A stretch of DNA of 63,636 nt, counting the filler, from Hyphochytrium catenoides (taxonomy: Eukaryota; Protista; Hyphochytriomycota), in the NCBI GenBank assembly GCA_900088475.1. It is 8 parts of 8 records of this genome, joined end to end, with 100 filler letters (N's around TTAATTAATTAA, not from the genome) between each part and the next. Parts side by side here need not be neighbours in the genome. Positions count along the whole stretch, not along the records: positions 39,660 to 51,855 come from FLMG01004758.1; 7 more parts are not named here. The stretch is one strand, 5' to 3'. The translations under genes and the position numbers were made by a program. Below, piece after piece: positions 40,424 through 51,578 of the stretch. The notes below the pieces were generated by a model. It was not told the origin of the DNA and made no database searches. It was given only the letters and a program-made list of their open reading frames with translations. Numbering within the stretch: position 1 is the first letter of the stretch; each line of letters begins with the position of its first letter.

Positions 40424-43400
40424 GTCTGTCTAGGAACTCTCTTTCTCTCCCTCTCTCTTTATTACTTAACTCTTTCTGTCTTCTGTCTCTCTCTCTCTCT
40501 GGGGTCTGCAGAGTACGAAGGTCGCCAACTCTCTTCTCTCTCCCTTCGTGCCCCATGGGTCAGAGTCAAAAGAGAGAGACAGCACACTCTGTCCTTTGGT
40601 AAGGAGGCTATTGGTGCAATGCGTCCTCTCTCTTCCTCACGAGCAGTGACATGCTTCTTGCTGTTGATTGCTTCGAACGTAAGAAGAAAGATCCTCCTCT
40701 CTCCCTGCCTTCCAGAGGAGCAGGAATCTTCATGTACCCTCTGAGAGGAAGACACAGAGAGAGAGAGAAAGAGAGAGAGTGAAAAAGAGAGAGAAAGAGC
40801 GGTAGGCAGGCAGACCGATAGGAGGGAAGACAAGAAGGCGGAGAAGAGAGCAGAGAGCGTCAACAAAGTATAGCAAGAAGAGAAAGAGAGAAAAGAAGGG
40901 AAGCAAGATGAGGAAAGAAACCTCTAGTAAAGAGACAAGTAAAGAGAACTTGGGATCCAAGAAAGTAGGGAAGAGAGAGGCTGACCGAGAAGAGAGAGAG
41001 AGAGAGAGAGAAAGGCACGGGTGAGAAAAGCAAGAGAATCTATTAACAAACAGCAAAGTATCTCCATTGAACATGATATCCTCGTTCGAACTCTGATGGC
41101 AGACGCCATGCCAATGTGGTTGAGGGCAAACCTTCACGAGCCGTAGATCCAGACGACAAAGCTTTGTTGTCCTCTTGGAGGTGGTGGAAGTGCCACCCCG
41201 CAAGAGGCGACTGCTTCTACTACTTCTGCTCGGCATTCTAGTAGGTGAATGCCTGCCATCGTCAGAAGTCTGCTAAGCAGCAAAAAGCGTGCATTCGTCT
41301 CTCTGGCACAGAGAAGAGACAACATCGGCCATACTTTCATGGGCTCAGACGAACGACGACCAAGGTGGGGCCGACACTAAGGACAATATTAGGGAGAGCC
41401 AGTCTTTGATCATTGGGGCACAGCAGGTGCCTACTACGGCGAAGGAGAAGAGGAAGCGGGGCAACGCGAAAGGGCCGAGCGAAATAGGCGGCCCTCGACG
41501 AGAAGGCAACAACGACCTCCAGCAAGAGTAAGAAGAGTCCGTGGTCCCAGTAAGCCTCAACAAGGTTATGAACTGGCTCGCTGATGAGCAAGGGTATACT
41601 ATAGACCGAGGTTATTTATCTGTGCCACCGCCCTGGCCACGTACACCAATGAAGAGCTAAAGCAGTTGTGCTGGAGCCTTGCCTACTCTGTTAGCTGTGT
41701 CCATCACCCAGCGGGCCATAGGATGAGCATTTTCTCATGACATGCAGGTTCTTGCATGTAGCGCCCGAGGCAGCACTACTCAACAATGATGTGCCACGGA
41801 AGCCAGCCTAAGGCGCCCTCTTCTTCTTGCTTATTGATCCATATGTCATCACGAGTGGTCTCTATCTTCCTTGAGACTACTATCAACCCTCCTGATATCT
41901 TTGCCACAGATAATAACCGCTCGAGCTTCTCTCTTGTCTCGAAGGCTCTTCCCTTTTCTTCATCATAGCGGCTCTGGGATCATCCACCACTATCGGCGTC
42001 CTCCTTCCAAGTTGTAGTCATCAAAGCTGAGACTTGAAGAAGATTACAACCGGACTGCTGTCCTAGCCGCGGCAATTCGGACTTATTAAGCCTTCATACG
42101 AGAGTCTCCTTGGCCACCATGAAGAAGGATACGCTATACGCTTCTCTCATCATCAGCAGTTGGGACCGTGCTCTTGCTTGTTTTCTGACGATGCAAGGGC
42201 TGTGGAGCCAGGCGAAGACGAGACTGAAAGCGACGACCAAGACCTTGTAGCGCTTTCTTGCTTCCTTTCCTTCTATTAGATGATTTATACGTTATATCAT
42301 GCACTCGCTACTACTGCTGCCGATCAGAAGAAGAAGACGGAGGGAGAAGAAGAGGAAGAAGAAGAGGAACCACGAAGAGGAACAAGAGGAGGTAGAAGAA
42401 GAGACAACAAGAAGAGCTACAAAGCCTTGGTCTCATCTACATCGACTCTATCCGCTCCACACACCTCCTTATCATCACAAAAGGCATTTTATTATCAGAG
42501 TTGACTTCCTCCTCCGTCCGTGTTAACAAGAGATGGGGGGAGAAGTAGCAGCAGAAGATCAATCGCCGACGACATTGTCATCATCATCATGTTCGATCAG
42601 GAAAGCAAGCAGAGGGTCCAGGTGGTTAAAGAGAGAGTAAGCTTCAAAATCTGAAGCGAATTTCTTCAAGAAGAGCTAATAAAGAGACTAACTCTGGCAT
42701 GAACGCATAAAGCCATTGCCAAGCGATACCATTGACCATCATGCTGTTGAGAAGCATCATCAAAAGCAGAGCGATCACTCTGAAGCTCCAGCAAAAAAGC
42801 AGTAGCAGGTACTGTGCTTCATAATAGGCCTAGCCATGATGAGGGCTGCTGCTGCTTTTGATCCCCAGCAGCAGAGAAAGAGTGTGCACGCACTTCGACA
42901 TTACTGTCTTTGACATCGTCGCTGCAGCAACCCAACACCTGAATTCAGGCAGCGGTTTAGACATCGCATCCGCATAATAGGGGGAAAGTCGCCCTCTGGT
43001 GGGCTGATAAGGAGTGCGCGGCTCAATGCTACGGTTTTCGTCCCTTAGCGTGAAGGTCCTTTGGCGGGGCCACAGAGACGGACGGTTAATTTTACACTGA
43101 AGAATGATGGTCAAGGGCTACCTCCTCTGACAGGTGTGGGAGAGTGGAGTTGAGCGTGAGTCGACCTCTCACTATTCTAAGGCTACCACCAACAGACGAA
43201 TCTCTGTCTTCCTGGACCGATGCAATGCTTCAGATGGGATTTCATAGTATGCCCCCAGCCTGCGCAACTGGCGAATGGAATCCTGCTGGGGGTCCGCTCC
43301 CAGGAGCTGTGTGTTTGAGGTCTTCGTCTCTTTCTAGTAGCGTCGCCAGAAGTGGTGAGGCTTCTCAGCTGTCGTTTCTATTGCTTGTATAATAGTCTTA

Positions 43401-44635
43401 GCGTAAGAGTCGGCCGTGCATCATTACTTCTCTAGATGTTACTGCCACTGATGAGCTGATGACTCGTAGAACTAGTTACCCGCACTAATGATCACATAGC
43501 GTAGTACTTCGCTTCCTGGTCACGGTGGACTTTATTATAAGGCCTTATTACTACGAGGAAGAAGCAGTAACAAAAAAAGAAAGAGATTTATTGAGAAAGA
43601 AAAAGGAGAAGGAGGAAGATGGAGAAGAGGAAGAAAAAGAAAGAAGTGAAGAAGAGACAACAAGAGCAACAAAGCTCTGTGACTCTGCTTCAGCGCCCGC
43701 GATTCTCCTGTTGTACCATCATATTCATCGGCAACACAGGAAGAAGAGACACTGTTGAACTCTTCGGCAACACCGATAGGAGACGGAGAAGGAGAAGAGA
43801 AGAAGAGGGCGTAGCGTCAAGACTCAAGACCATCATCATCATCATCGCGCTCAATCAGCAGGGGCAAAGCTAGGGCGGCGTCCAACTGCTGAAGAAGAGG
43901 AATGAATATCTTCAAACATTTGTAGGCCTTCTCTTCTCTCCATCCACCGCAAAGAAAGAGATTCTGCAAAGAAGAGTCAGAGCTTTCTTTCTCAAGCGGA
44001 CCACTGACCTTTATTTAAAGGTCGAGGCGTCGAGGCACCTCTTTCCTTCTCTTCTTCTTCTTCTTCTTCTTCTTCTCTTCTTTTTCTCCTTTACGCCTTA
44101 TTACATTATTACATGCAACTTCTCTCCGAGGATAATAAATCATAACAGTAGTCTACCCCGCTTATTGTTGCCCTTGTCCGAATCTATCCTGATTCAATAC
44201 GGCCTTTCTACGAAAACTAAGACTCCTCCAGTATTAGAACTACTGCACAGGTTCTACAGTAGCACTACTTTTATTATCCTACTGTCCGATTGCTGATGTA
44301 GAGCACCCAAAAAGAAATGCCGAGTTTAGCAGAAACAAATACGGAATGAGTGATTACTTAGGACAAGCCAGTAGGTTCTAGTACTGTACTCTACTTTATT
44401 ACTGACTTTAGAAGAGAACAGTAGTTCTATAGAACCCACTGAGGAAAAATGAAAAACAGTAACTAACTAGCTATCTGGAACCATGGACTGTACTCTTCTG
44501 TACGTCAAACAGTGATAGTCGTTCTATAGCAGTCGCTTTGTTTCCCTCAGCTTCTAATAACCGTCTTATGAGCTACTACTAGTTCTATATAAATACAGCT
44601 AACTAACTTTATCGATGAAGTGGTAGTACCAAGTT

Positions 44636-44878
44636 CTATCGTAGCTCGCATTGTATGGTCAGGTACGTCCAGAAGAAGAAGAAGAAGAACAGCTTCCAAG
44701 AAGAAGCGATGCAGGCCGTGAGGTCGTGGCCGTTGCGCGATGGAGTGGGTGAACCACTTCTTGTGCGCTGTTCTTCTTTATAAAAGTAGTAGAGGCTGCC
44801 ACAGCCACTGAACCTGCCCTTTCTCTCCTCCTCTCTTAGGACCGGACCGCAACTACTGCAGCGGAACTGCTCCGGCAC
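44636..44878 (-). pseudogene. Possible decayed MYND-type zinc-finger sequence
   Basis: RCSSCG...GRFSGCGSLYYFYKEEQ...GHDLTAC follows MYND spacing but several Cys ligands are lost. Confidence 0.3.
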
Positions 44879-45456
44879 ACGATAGAAGAATATACCATGA
44901 GTGATGACTGAGGAGCTGCGAAAGCGTATAGTCTTATTATTGTCTTAGTTCTATAGCTTTCCTAGTTCATCTCTGCCCTCAATCCTCGCTCCCAGCTCCC
45001 AGCAGGTGCACCGGCTCTTATCCTGCAGTTTCTCTTTGTGTTGTCAGCGGTCAGCGAACAACGTCCTTTTGATACAGTGGGGCTCGCTTTGGTTAACTGC
45101 CTAAAAGACTCCTTTTTATAGCTCTAATCGCGCCGACAGCAGCTGCTCGTCCTGAACGACGCTCTTCTTACGAAATATGCGAAAGCTGACCGACCGACTC
45201 ATCTCATCATCCCAGGGTAGGAACACTTTCTAACTTTCCAAGAGCAAGCAAAGCAGCGTAGACAACAATCACCTGCCCGCTAATAGAACATCGCTAACCC
45301 AGGACGGGCCTATCTGAGCGGAGTTGACACTTTTTCAGCCATTGCACTGCTGGTGGGGCTTGTTACTACTAGGCTTACCCCTCGTCGTCGCTCCTAGCAG
45401 TGAGGTGGACCGTCACTTGCCCTTCCCACGACGAATACGTTATTTAGGTGTAAATC

Positions 45457-46173
45457 ATGCCACTACGGTGCTTCAACTCCAAGGTGATGGTCAGCTATTT
45501 GATGCTGAATGGTTGCTTTTCATGGCTGGTCGTACTGCCGTACCTCTACTGCCTACTACGTGTGGATGTTGGAGCAATGCCTGTCGTTGTTGGTGCCGAT
45601 GATAGCAGTAATATCATCACTAGCATTGCTGCCCATCGGGCTGACTCTTCTAGCGTTCCAGGCCACCTAAGAAGGTCACTGGTGGATAGCTTTGTACCGC
45701 CTGGCAAGGCTGTAGCCTGCCTCTTCGCCGACGGGGTCGGTTCTAAGCCGCAGAGGTGCATGTGGACCTCCGATAAAATATCCATTCCACGGGAGTATCC
45801 TGGCCAAGCTTCGTCTTTTCCTCGTTTAACACAGGTCCAGTACGGTTCATTTCCGCGTATCGAAGCGCGAACGGAGGCAAATATCCGGGGTGCAGGAAGA
45901 CAGCGCTTTGAACCTCAGTTGGAGAATGACTCAATCTCAAGTGTTTGGGTGAAGCAAGGATGTCGGTTGTGGACCTTTGAACATGCTGATTTCGAAGGAA
46001 GAAGGCAGGACTATCGCCCGGGCCTTTCTGAGCCCTTTCCACCCGATTGGAACGACAAGATCTCGTCCGCCATTGTCATTTGTAGCGACGATCTTAATGA
46101 TGACGCTTTTGCTTCTTGTGCTTCGTTAATTGTTCAGCGGTGGGCTTTTGCTCCAAGGTCGTGCAGCCCCTAG
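45457..46173 (+). CDS. Intronless, possibly secreted beta/gamma-crystallin-domain protein
   Basis: NDSISSVWVKQGCRLWTFEHADFEG...WNDKISSA: Greek-key motif with two N/D-N/D-x-x-S-S Ca2+ fingerprints. Hydrophobic N-terminus followed by HLRRSL. Confidence 0.75.
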   Translation: MPLRCFNSKVMVSYLMLNGCFSWLVVLPYLYCLLRVDVGAMPVVVGADDSSNIITSIAAHRADSSSVPGHLRRSLVDSFVPPGKAVACLFADGVGSKPQRCMWTSDKISIPREYPGQASSFPRLTQVQYGSFPRIEARTEANIRGAGRQRFEPQLENDSISSVWVKQGCRLWTFEHADFEGRRQDYRPGLSEPFPPDWNDKISSAIVICSDDLNDDAFASCASLIVQRWAFAPRSCSP

Positions 46174-46196
46174 TTCTATACTGTCCGCAAAGAAGA

Positions 46197-46459
46197 CTGC
46201 TATCTTAAGCATATTATGAACTAGCTATGGCAAGAGGAGATGCGGATTCTTGCTGCTTGTACTAGCGAGGCTGTTAAAGCACTTCGATGGAATCATCCTC
46301 TACCGTCGAGTTGCGACGACTACAGATCCTAAACTGCCCGCAAACAAGATGATGATGTACTCAGAGCTGCTGGTTAGAGATCATAACGCCTCGTCGTAAG
46401 GTACTGTTATCCTAAGAATCATAATATGAACTAGCTATGGCAAGAGAAGAACATGCGGA
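46197..46459 (+). repeat. Imperfect direct repeat of about 50 nt (46197-46246 and 46404-46459)
   Basis: Shared core TATGAACTAGCTATGGCAAGAG, flanked by CTG(C/T)TATC(T/C)TAAG and ATGCGGA. Confidence 0.8.
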
Positions 46460-47171
46460 GAGAAATCGGCATAACGCTCAAGATACAAAGTAATCTAATT
46501 GACGGTAGGAGAAGGATTGTACGTATTGGAAGAAGACCGCTGACGGGTCTTCTAGAAGGAGAGTAAATAGGTGCTTTGACTGTTTGTACCTCACAGGCTG
46601 GCCACCCTCCGTTCAGAGATGCATACGCCGAGGAAGAGTTCGCGGATGTGCAGGCAAGTGAAGACCACCTTCTACTCCGGGAGAAGCTTATTGTTGAATG
46701 AATGTAGAGGTGAAGAAGAAGATTCTTCCTTGCATGGGAAGAGGCAGACTACTAGGGAATGCAAAGGTAGAAATAGTAACATGCAAAAGAAGGGATTGGC
46801 TCAGAGGAGGCTAGAGGGCAGAAAGGAAGAAAAAGAAGAGAGTACATCCTTCATCAGAGCCATTCGGTCGTTTACTCCTCTGTCAGAACTCATCGGTACC
46901 GTCCTGAGAAAAGAACTCTTAATTAAATAGCAACATGGAGGGGAGGCTGCATCCCCTACACCACTCCGGCCGGTCCTCATTCCGCGGTCGGCCAGGTGGT
47001 CAGAAGAGGCAGTAGTTGTTGGAGAAAGTGCACGTAGGAGATGCATCTCCAAAAAAAAGAGAGGAGAGAGCGAGGAGCAGATCAGAACTTCATCGCATCG
47101 CCGAAAAGATGAAGTTGCCACGTCATCAGTGTTGTCCTCTTCAACCCAGATGAGTCGCAAGATACTATTTG

Positions 47172-47420
47172 AGAGCTCTTCATTGCCTTGGAGGAAGCAC
47201 TCATCTTCTACCCTTTCTCCTCCCAGCCAGTTTCTTTACTTTGCGTTCTTCTGCTGCTGCTGATTAGGGTTAAGAAGCTCTATCTCTCCATGCCTTGGAA
47301 TCAATAAGCTCTAGGCTACGTTTCCTCCTAGCAAACTCGTTAGATTGCGTTCTTCTTCTGCTGCTGCTGCTTAGAGCTAAGCTCTTCATTGCCTTGAGCA
47401 AGAAGCTCTCTTCTACGTTG
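47172..47420 (+). repeat. Degenerate tandem repeat, unit about 105 nt, about 2.4 copies
   Basis: AGCTCTTCATTGCCTTG-like segment three times; TTGCGTTCTTCTGCTGCTGCTG-like segment twice. Confidence 0.7.
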
Positions 47421-47951
47421 CTTCAAATCCAAAGGTGATGGTCAGCTATTGATGCTGAATGGTTGCTTTTCATGGCTGGTCATATTACCGTCGTTGGTGC
47501 TGCCGATGATAGCAGTAATTTCATCACCAGCAATGCTGCCCATCGGGCTGATTATTCTACTAGCGCTCCAGACCACCTAAGAAGGTCATTGGTGGATAGC
47601 TTTGTAGTGCCTGGCCAGGCTGTAGCCTGCCTCCTCTTCTTCGCCGACGGGTACGGTTCTAAGCCGCCGCAGACGTGCATGCGGATAGCGCATGTAATAT
47701 CTCTTAATAATCTGTATCAGAATACTGCTGCCTCTACTATCAGTTCGGACAAAACATCATCCTCGCATGTACCCTCATCAGTAGCGGTCCACTACTAAGG
47801 CTCAATTGCAAGTTTTCCAGCGCCACCACCAGAAGAGGCAATTCTTCTACAGCGCTCTGAACCTCTGTTGTTGGAGGATGACTCAATCTTCTCAAGTGTT
47901 TGGGTGAAGCAAGGATGTCGGCGGCTGATGACCTTTGAACATGCTGAATTT
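47419..47951 (+). pseudogene. Decayed, 3'-truncated paralog of the beta/gamma-crystallin gene at 45457
   Basis: Colinear nucleotide similarity to about 45470-45990 (for example GATGCTGAATGGTTGCTTTTCATGGCTGGTC and CAAGTGTTTGGGTGAAGCAAGGATGTCGG), with frameshifts, a deletion in the signal region and a stop. Confidence 0.85.
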
Positions 47952-48200
47952 GGTTGATTGTGCCCTTTTGCTTTGAATCGCTGCTCAAGACGATGCCTGC
48001 TTCTATCAATTCCACCGCTTCCTGGGTTTTGCTCCTTCTGTTCCCAAAGGCTGTCCTTCGCCGGTCTCCTCCCGTCCGAGTTAGTGGGATACAATCGCCT
48101 TGCCACCGTGATGATGTTGTTGAACCGTCTCTCTCGGTGGCAAGGCGGTGATTACTGGGCTCTTTGGGACGAGGCTCGGGCGGCTTGTCGTCCGTCTTCT
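47952..48200 (+). mobile_element. Possible frameshifted fragment of a CRE-like non-LTR retrotransposon ORF (region upstream of RT)
   Basis: WVLLLLFPKAVLRR, then in a shifted frame LNRLSRWQGGDYWALWDEA. This resembles from memory the pre-RT segment of CRE-type elements. No RT motif is visible. Confidence 0.3.
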
Positions 48201-50064
48201 CCGCTATCTGCCTTCCCATGGACCCGCTACTTCCCTCTTACCTCCACAACGGACTCCCCCACACTGTCAACTTGAAATAGTTAGCGTACTCCTGGCTAAG
48301 CCAGGTCACTACCAGTGGTTCAGATATGGGGCAGCTTTCTCCTTTCTTCTGCGCCATTTCTTGAAGTTGCGGACAACAGTCCTTGAACTGTTTTGTTTGT
48401 TTTCCCTGCACGCCGTAAGGCTTGACATCATGTCATGGAACATGTAAGTGTCGCCTACGGAGCTTGGCAGCTCACGATTCGTCGTTAATCGGCCTGGGCA
48501 AATGACTGGGGCTTCACAGCAGCAGGAACGCGTTCAGGTGATTCAGTATGTAGGATACCAACCAGATAGCAGCTCCTGCCGGGAGCAATGGTTGAGCATA
48601 ATGTTTGAGAGAACCCACATTGTGCTTTGAGAGCTTCAAAGCGATGTTCTGGACAACTGGAAAGTAAAATGTGGCTTTCAGTAGTTGATACGTCTCAGCA
48701 CTCTTTCTTCTCCTCCTTCCATATTTTGGTTGGGCCCTTATTGGGCTTCAATGGTCACTGCAACTCCGACGTCAATATGGCGAGCCTTCATGGCAGCTCT
48801 AGTGCTTGTCTCATACAATTCGAGGAGCTTGAGAGTGAGTGTCATGTCTGATGCAGATTGGAATAGCGTGTCGGTCAACGGCGGCGCCTATCTCAGCGGC
48901 ATCGGCCAGTACTGCACTGCCTAGTCGTCTTAGGAATAAGACATCTTAAGGTCATATCAACGCTCGTAACGCTATCTGATTTGGGCATGTGGACCATCTT
49001 CAGCTTGTGAGGGGAAGGGAGGTAGTCCAAGGATATAGTGCATCTCCTAATCTGCTTACCGGAGTACCGGCGGTGACCGCCTGAGAGGTGGACAGAAGGT
49101 TCAGCCAACGAGGAAGATGCAATCTCGGCTGTCGGGTGGGCAAAAGCCAGGTGCTGCCGACAAGGGATCCTGCTGCTGAGCAACAATGCTATGTTCAAGG
49201 AAGACTGTGAGCAAGCATTGAAGATCAGAACTAAGAAGGAGGAGGGATGCTATAATAATTCATTGGCAGAAGATGTTCATAAGAGAAGGGAGACGAGGCC
49301 CGTGAGACACGGAGAGAACAAGAAAGGAGTAGAAGAGGATCAAGAAGAGAGAGAAGAAGCGCCGGTTCGGAGAGAGGCAGGAGAGGACTCCTCATCGACC
49401 AGGGGCACAGATACGGAGAGAAAGAAGAGGAGAGTGGAGGAGGAGTTCTAGGGGCGGGAAGAAGAGGCTTCCAAAGGAGGGTGATCTGCCTGGAGATCCT
49501 CAGGATGATAGCGGGCGAAGTGACCCGCGATCCAGTTGTGCCTGACTAGTGGTCTTGCAGGTCAGGATACGCCCACAACTAGCAGGTCGTGGACAGAGTC
49601 GGTGGCTCTCCTGCTGCTTGCCCGCTGATGAGTCAGGAAGAAGGAGAGGATGCCGCGCGTGAGCGGTTCTTCCCTTTCCATGCAACTTCTCAACAGAAAC
49701 GATAAATCATAACAGTAGAAGAAGCCTTCTAATAATAAGACAGAGAAAGACGTCTGTTTGGTTCTTGTAGCATTATTCAGGATATTCGTCTGAATTGACG
49801 ATAGATAGGTGATAGCCACCGTTCGGTTCTTGAATATGTCTATTTCAATCAGGTCATGAAAGATGATTCTGATCCTCCTGTCGCACAAGGGAGACAGAGA
49901 GAGAATGCGTGAGACAGAGAGAGAGAATGCGTGAGATAGAGAGGGAGAGAGACAGAAGATGCGTGAGACAGAGAGAGAGAGTGAGAGAGTGAGGCAGAAA
50001 GAGACAGGGGGAGAGAGAGTGAGAGTGAGAGTCAGAGAAAGAGACGCAGAGAGACAGTGAGTGT

Positions 50065-50115
<51 letters not shown>

Positions 50116-50405
50116 GAGTGAAAACTGCAGAAAGAGAGCCAAAATATTCCTGCTTCGATGGAGAATCTGCAACATAAGAGAGAGAGATTCTAGGATGACG
50201 ATCGACGCAGAGCCTGGATAACCGCTGGAATGAAGTCTTAAGCTGCGGCGCTGGCCTAAGGCCTGGCGCTTGTCCACGCCTCTCTATCTTGTTTTCTCTC
50301 TTCATTTCATTCATCTTCTCTCTCTCTCTTTCACTCTCTCTCTCTCCCTCTCTCACTCTCCCGTGCTGTTCCTTCGCCAAAGTTTTCTCCCTCCTCTTTT
50401 TAGGT

Positions 50406-51209
50406 ATGAAGACTGGAACCCGAACCTCTCTTCTCTCTTTCTCCCCTTTTCATCCGCGTTCTCTCTCTCTTCGCAGCTTTTCATCTGCCGGTAGGAGGTT
50501 GACTCCTCGGCCTCCTCTCTCTCTCATCGTCGGGCCCCAGCACTTCCAATGGCGAAGCCGCATAGACCCTAAGAAGAGAGAAAGAAGGGGTGAAGAGAGA
50601 GAAAGAAGAGAAGAGGAAGAAGGTGTGCTGTCCATTCCTCGTTCTTCCCTCTTCCATGTCCTGTCTCTCTCTCAGAGGTTGAGTGCTGCCTCTTCTTCTT
50701 CTCGCCCGCTCTTTCTGTCTGCCCTTTCCTCTATCTCCTATCCTCTTTCTTTCTTCCTCTTCTTGGTTCCGCGTCACATGTTTCTCTCCTTGGACTTGGT
50801 CTAGCTTGGGTCTCTCTCTTTCTCTCTCTCCCTCTTGACATAAAAGAGAACTCTTCTCACTCTCCCCAGTCATATATTCCTTTTGCCTTTTCTCTCTGTT
50901 GTTGGCAACTCAGTAAGTGACTGTGTCTCGTTCCTTTTGCTCTCTCTGTTTCTCTGTCTTCCTCTCTCTGTCTTTCTTTCTCTCTTTCTCTCTCTCTCTC
51001 CCTCCCACCGTCTGTCGCTCGATATCGCTTTCTGTCTGGCTTCTATCGCTGACTCTCTCTCCTTGCTGTCTGACTGTCTTCTTAAACCTTGGGTCTGTCT
51101 CTCTCTCTTGAGCAGATTGCCTTCCTCTGCTATCTCCTCAGCTCCAAGCGGCATTATCCTCAGGAGCCATAGACATTCTGCAGCTCAGACTATCCTCTAG
51201 CGCTCTACC

Positions 51210-51242
<33 letters not shown>

Positions 51243-51517
51243 CTTCCCCAAGTCCCTCTCTTCGTCAAGCTCCATGTTGGGCCTGATACAGACACAGAGA
51301 GAGAGAGACGCGCTTGTTCTTATGGGACTGGCAGTCCAGAACTTTCTCTCTTCCTCTGCCTTTAAAGAGAGAGAAGAAGGAGCAAAAGAGATGAAGCGAG
51401 GAGATGGACAGAGAGAGAAGAGACGGCGGCGTCCTCTCCTTCTTGTTAACAATTCAGTGGAAGCAGCAGTCAGGCTCGGTGCGGCAGGAGTCCATCTGCC
51501 AGAGAGGACATGGAAAG
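50406..51517 (+). CDS. Thiamine-phosphate synthase (ThiE)/TenI-family TIM-barrel protein, 5' part (cut by contig end)
   Basis: Exons 50406-50622 and 51116-51517. PPLSLIVGP...AALSSGAIDILQLR...LLLVNNSVEAAVRLGAAGVHLPE. The N-terminus is presequence-like (RSLSLRSFSS). Confidence 0.75.
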
Positions 51518-51526
51518 GTGAGAGCG

Positions 51527-51578
<52 letters not shown>

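Noticed and set aside
39981-41591. Coding-like fragments on both strands, including VKVCPQPHWHGVC (weakly crystallin-like)
   Set aside because: No consistent spliced model or family could be built.
42563-42600. IADDIVII resembling the reverse transcriptase YADD motif
   Set aside because: Partly produced by a (CAT)n run, not conserved in the duplicate near 43820, and no other RT motifs are present.
44200-47951. RIP-like or methylation-driven C-to-T hypermutation suggested by TpA richness
   Set aside because: Substitutions between the crystallin gene and its copy are mixed by eye; a computed RIP index would be needed.
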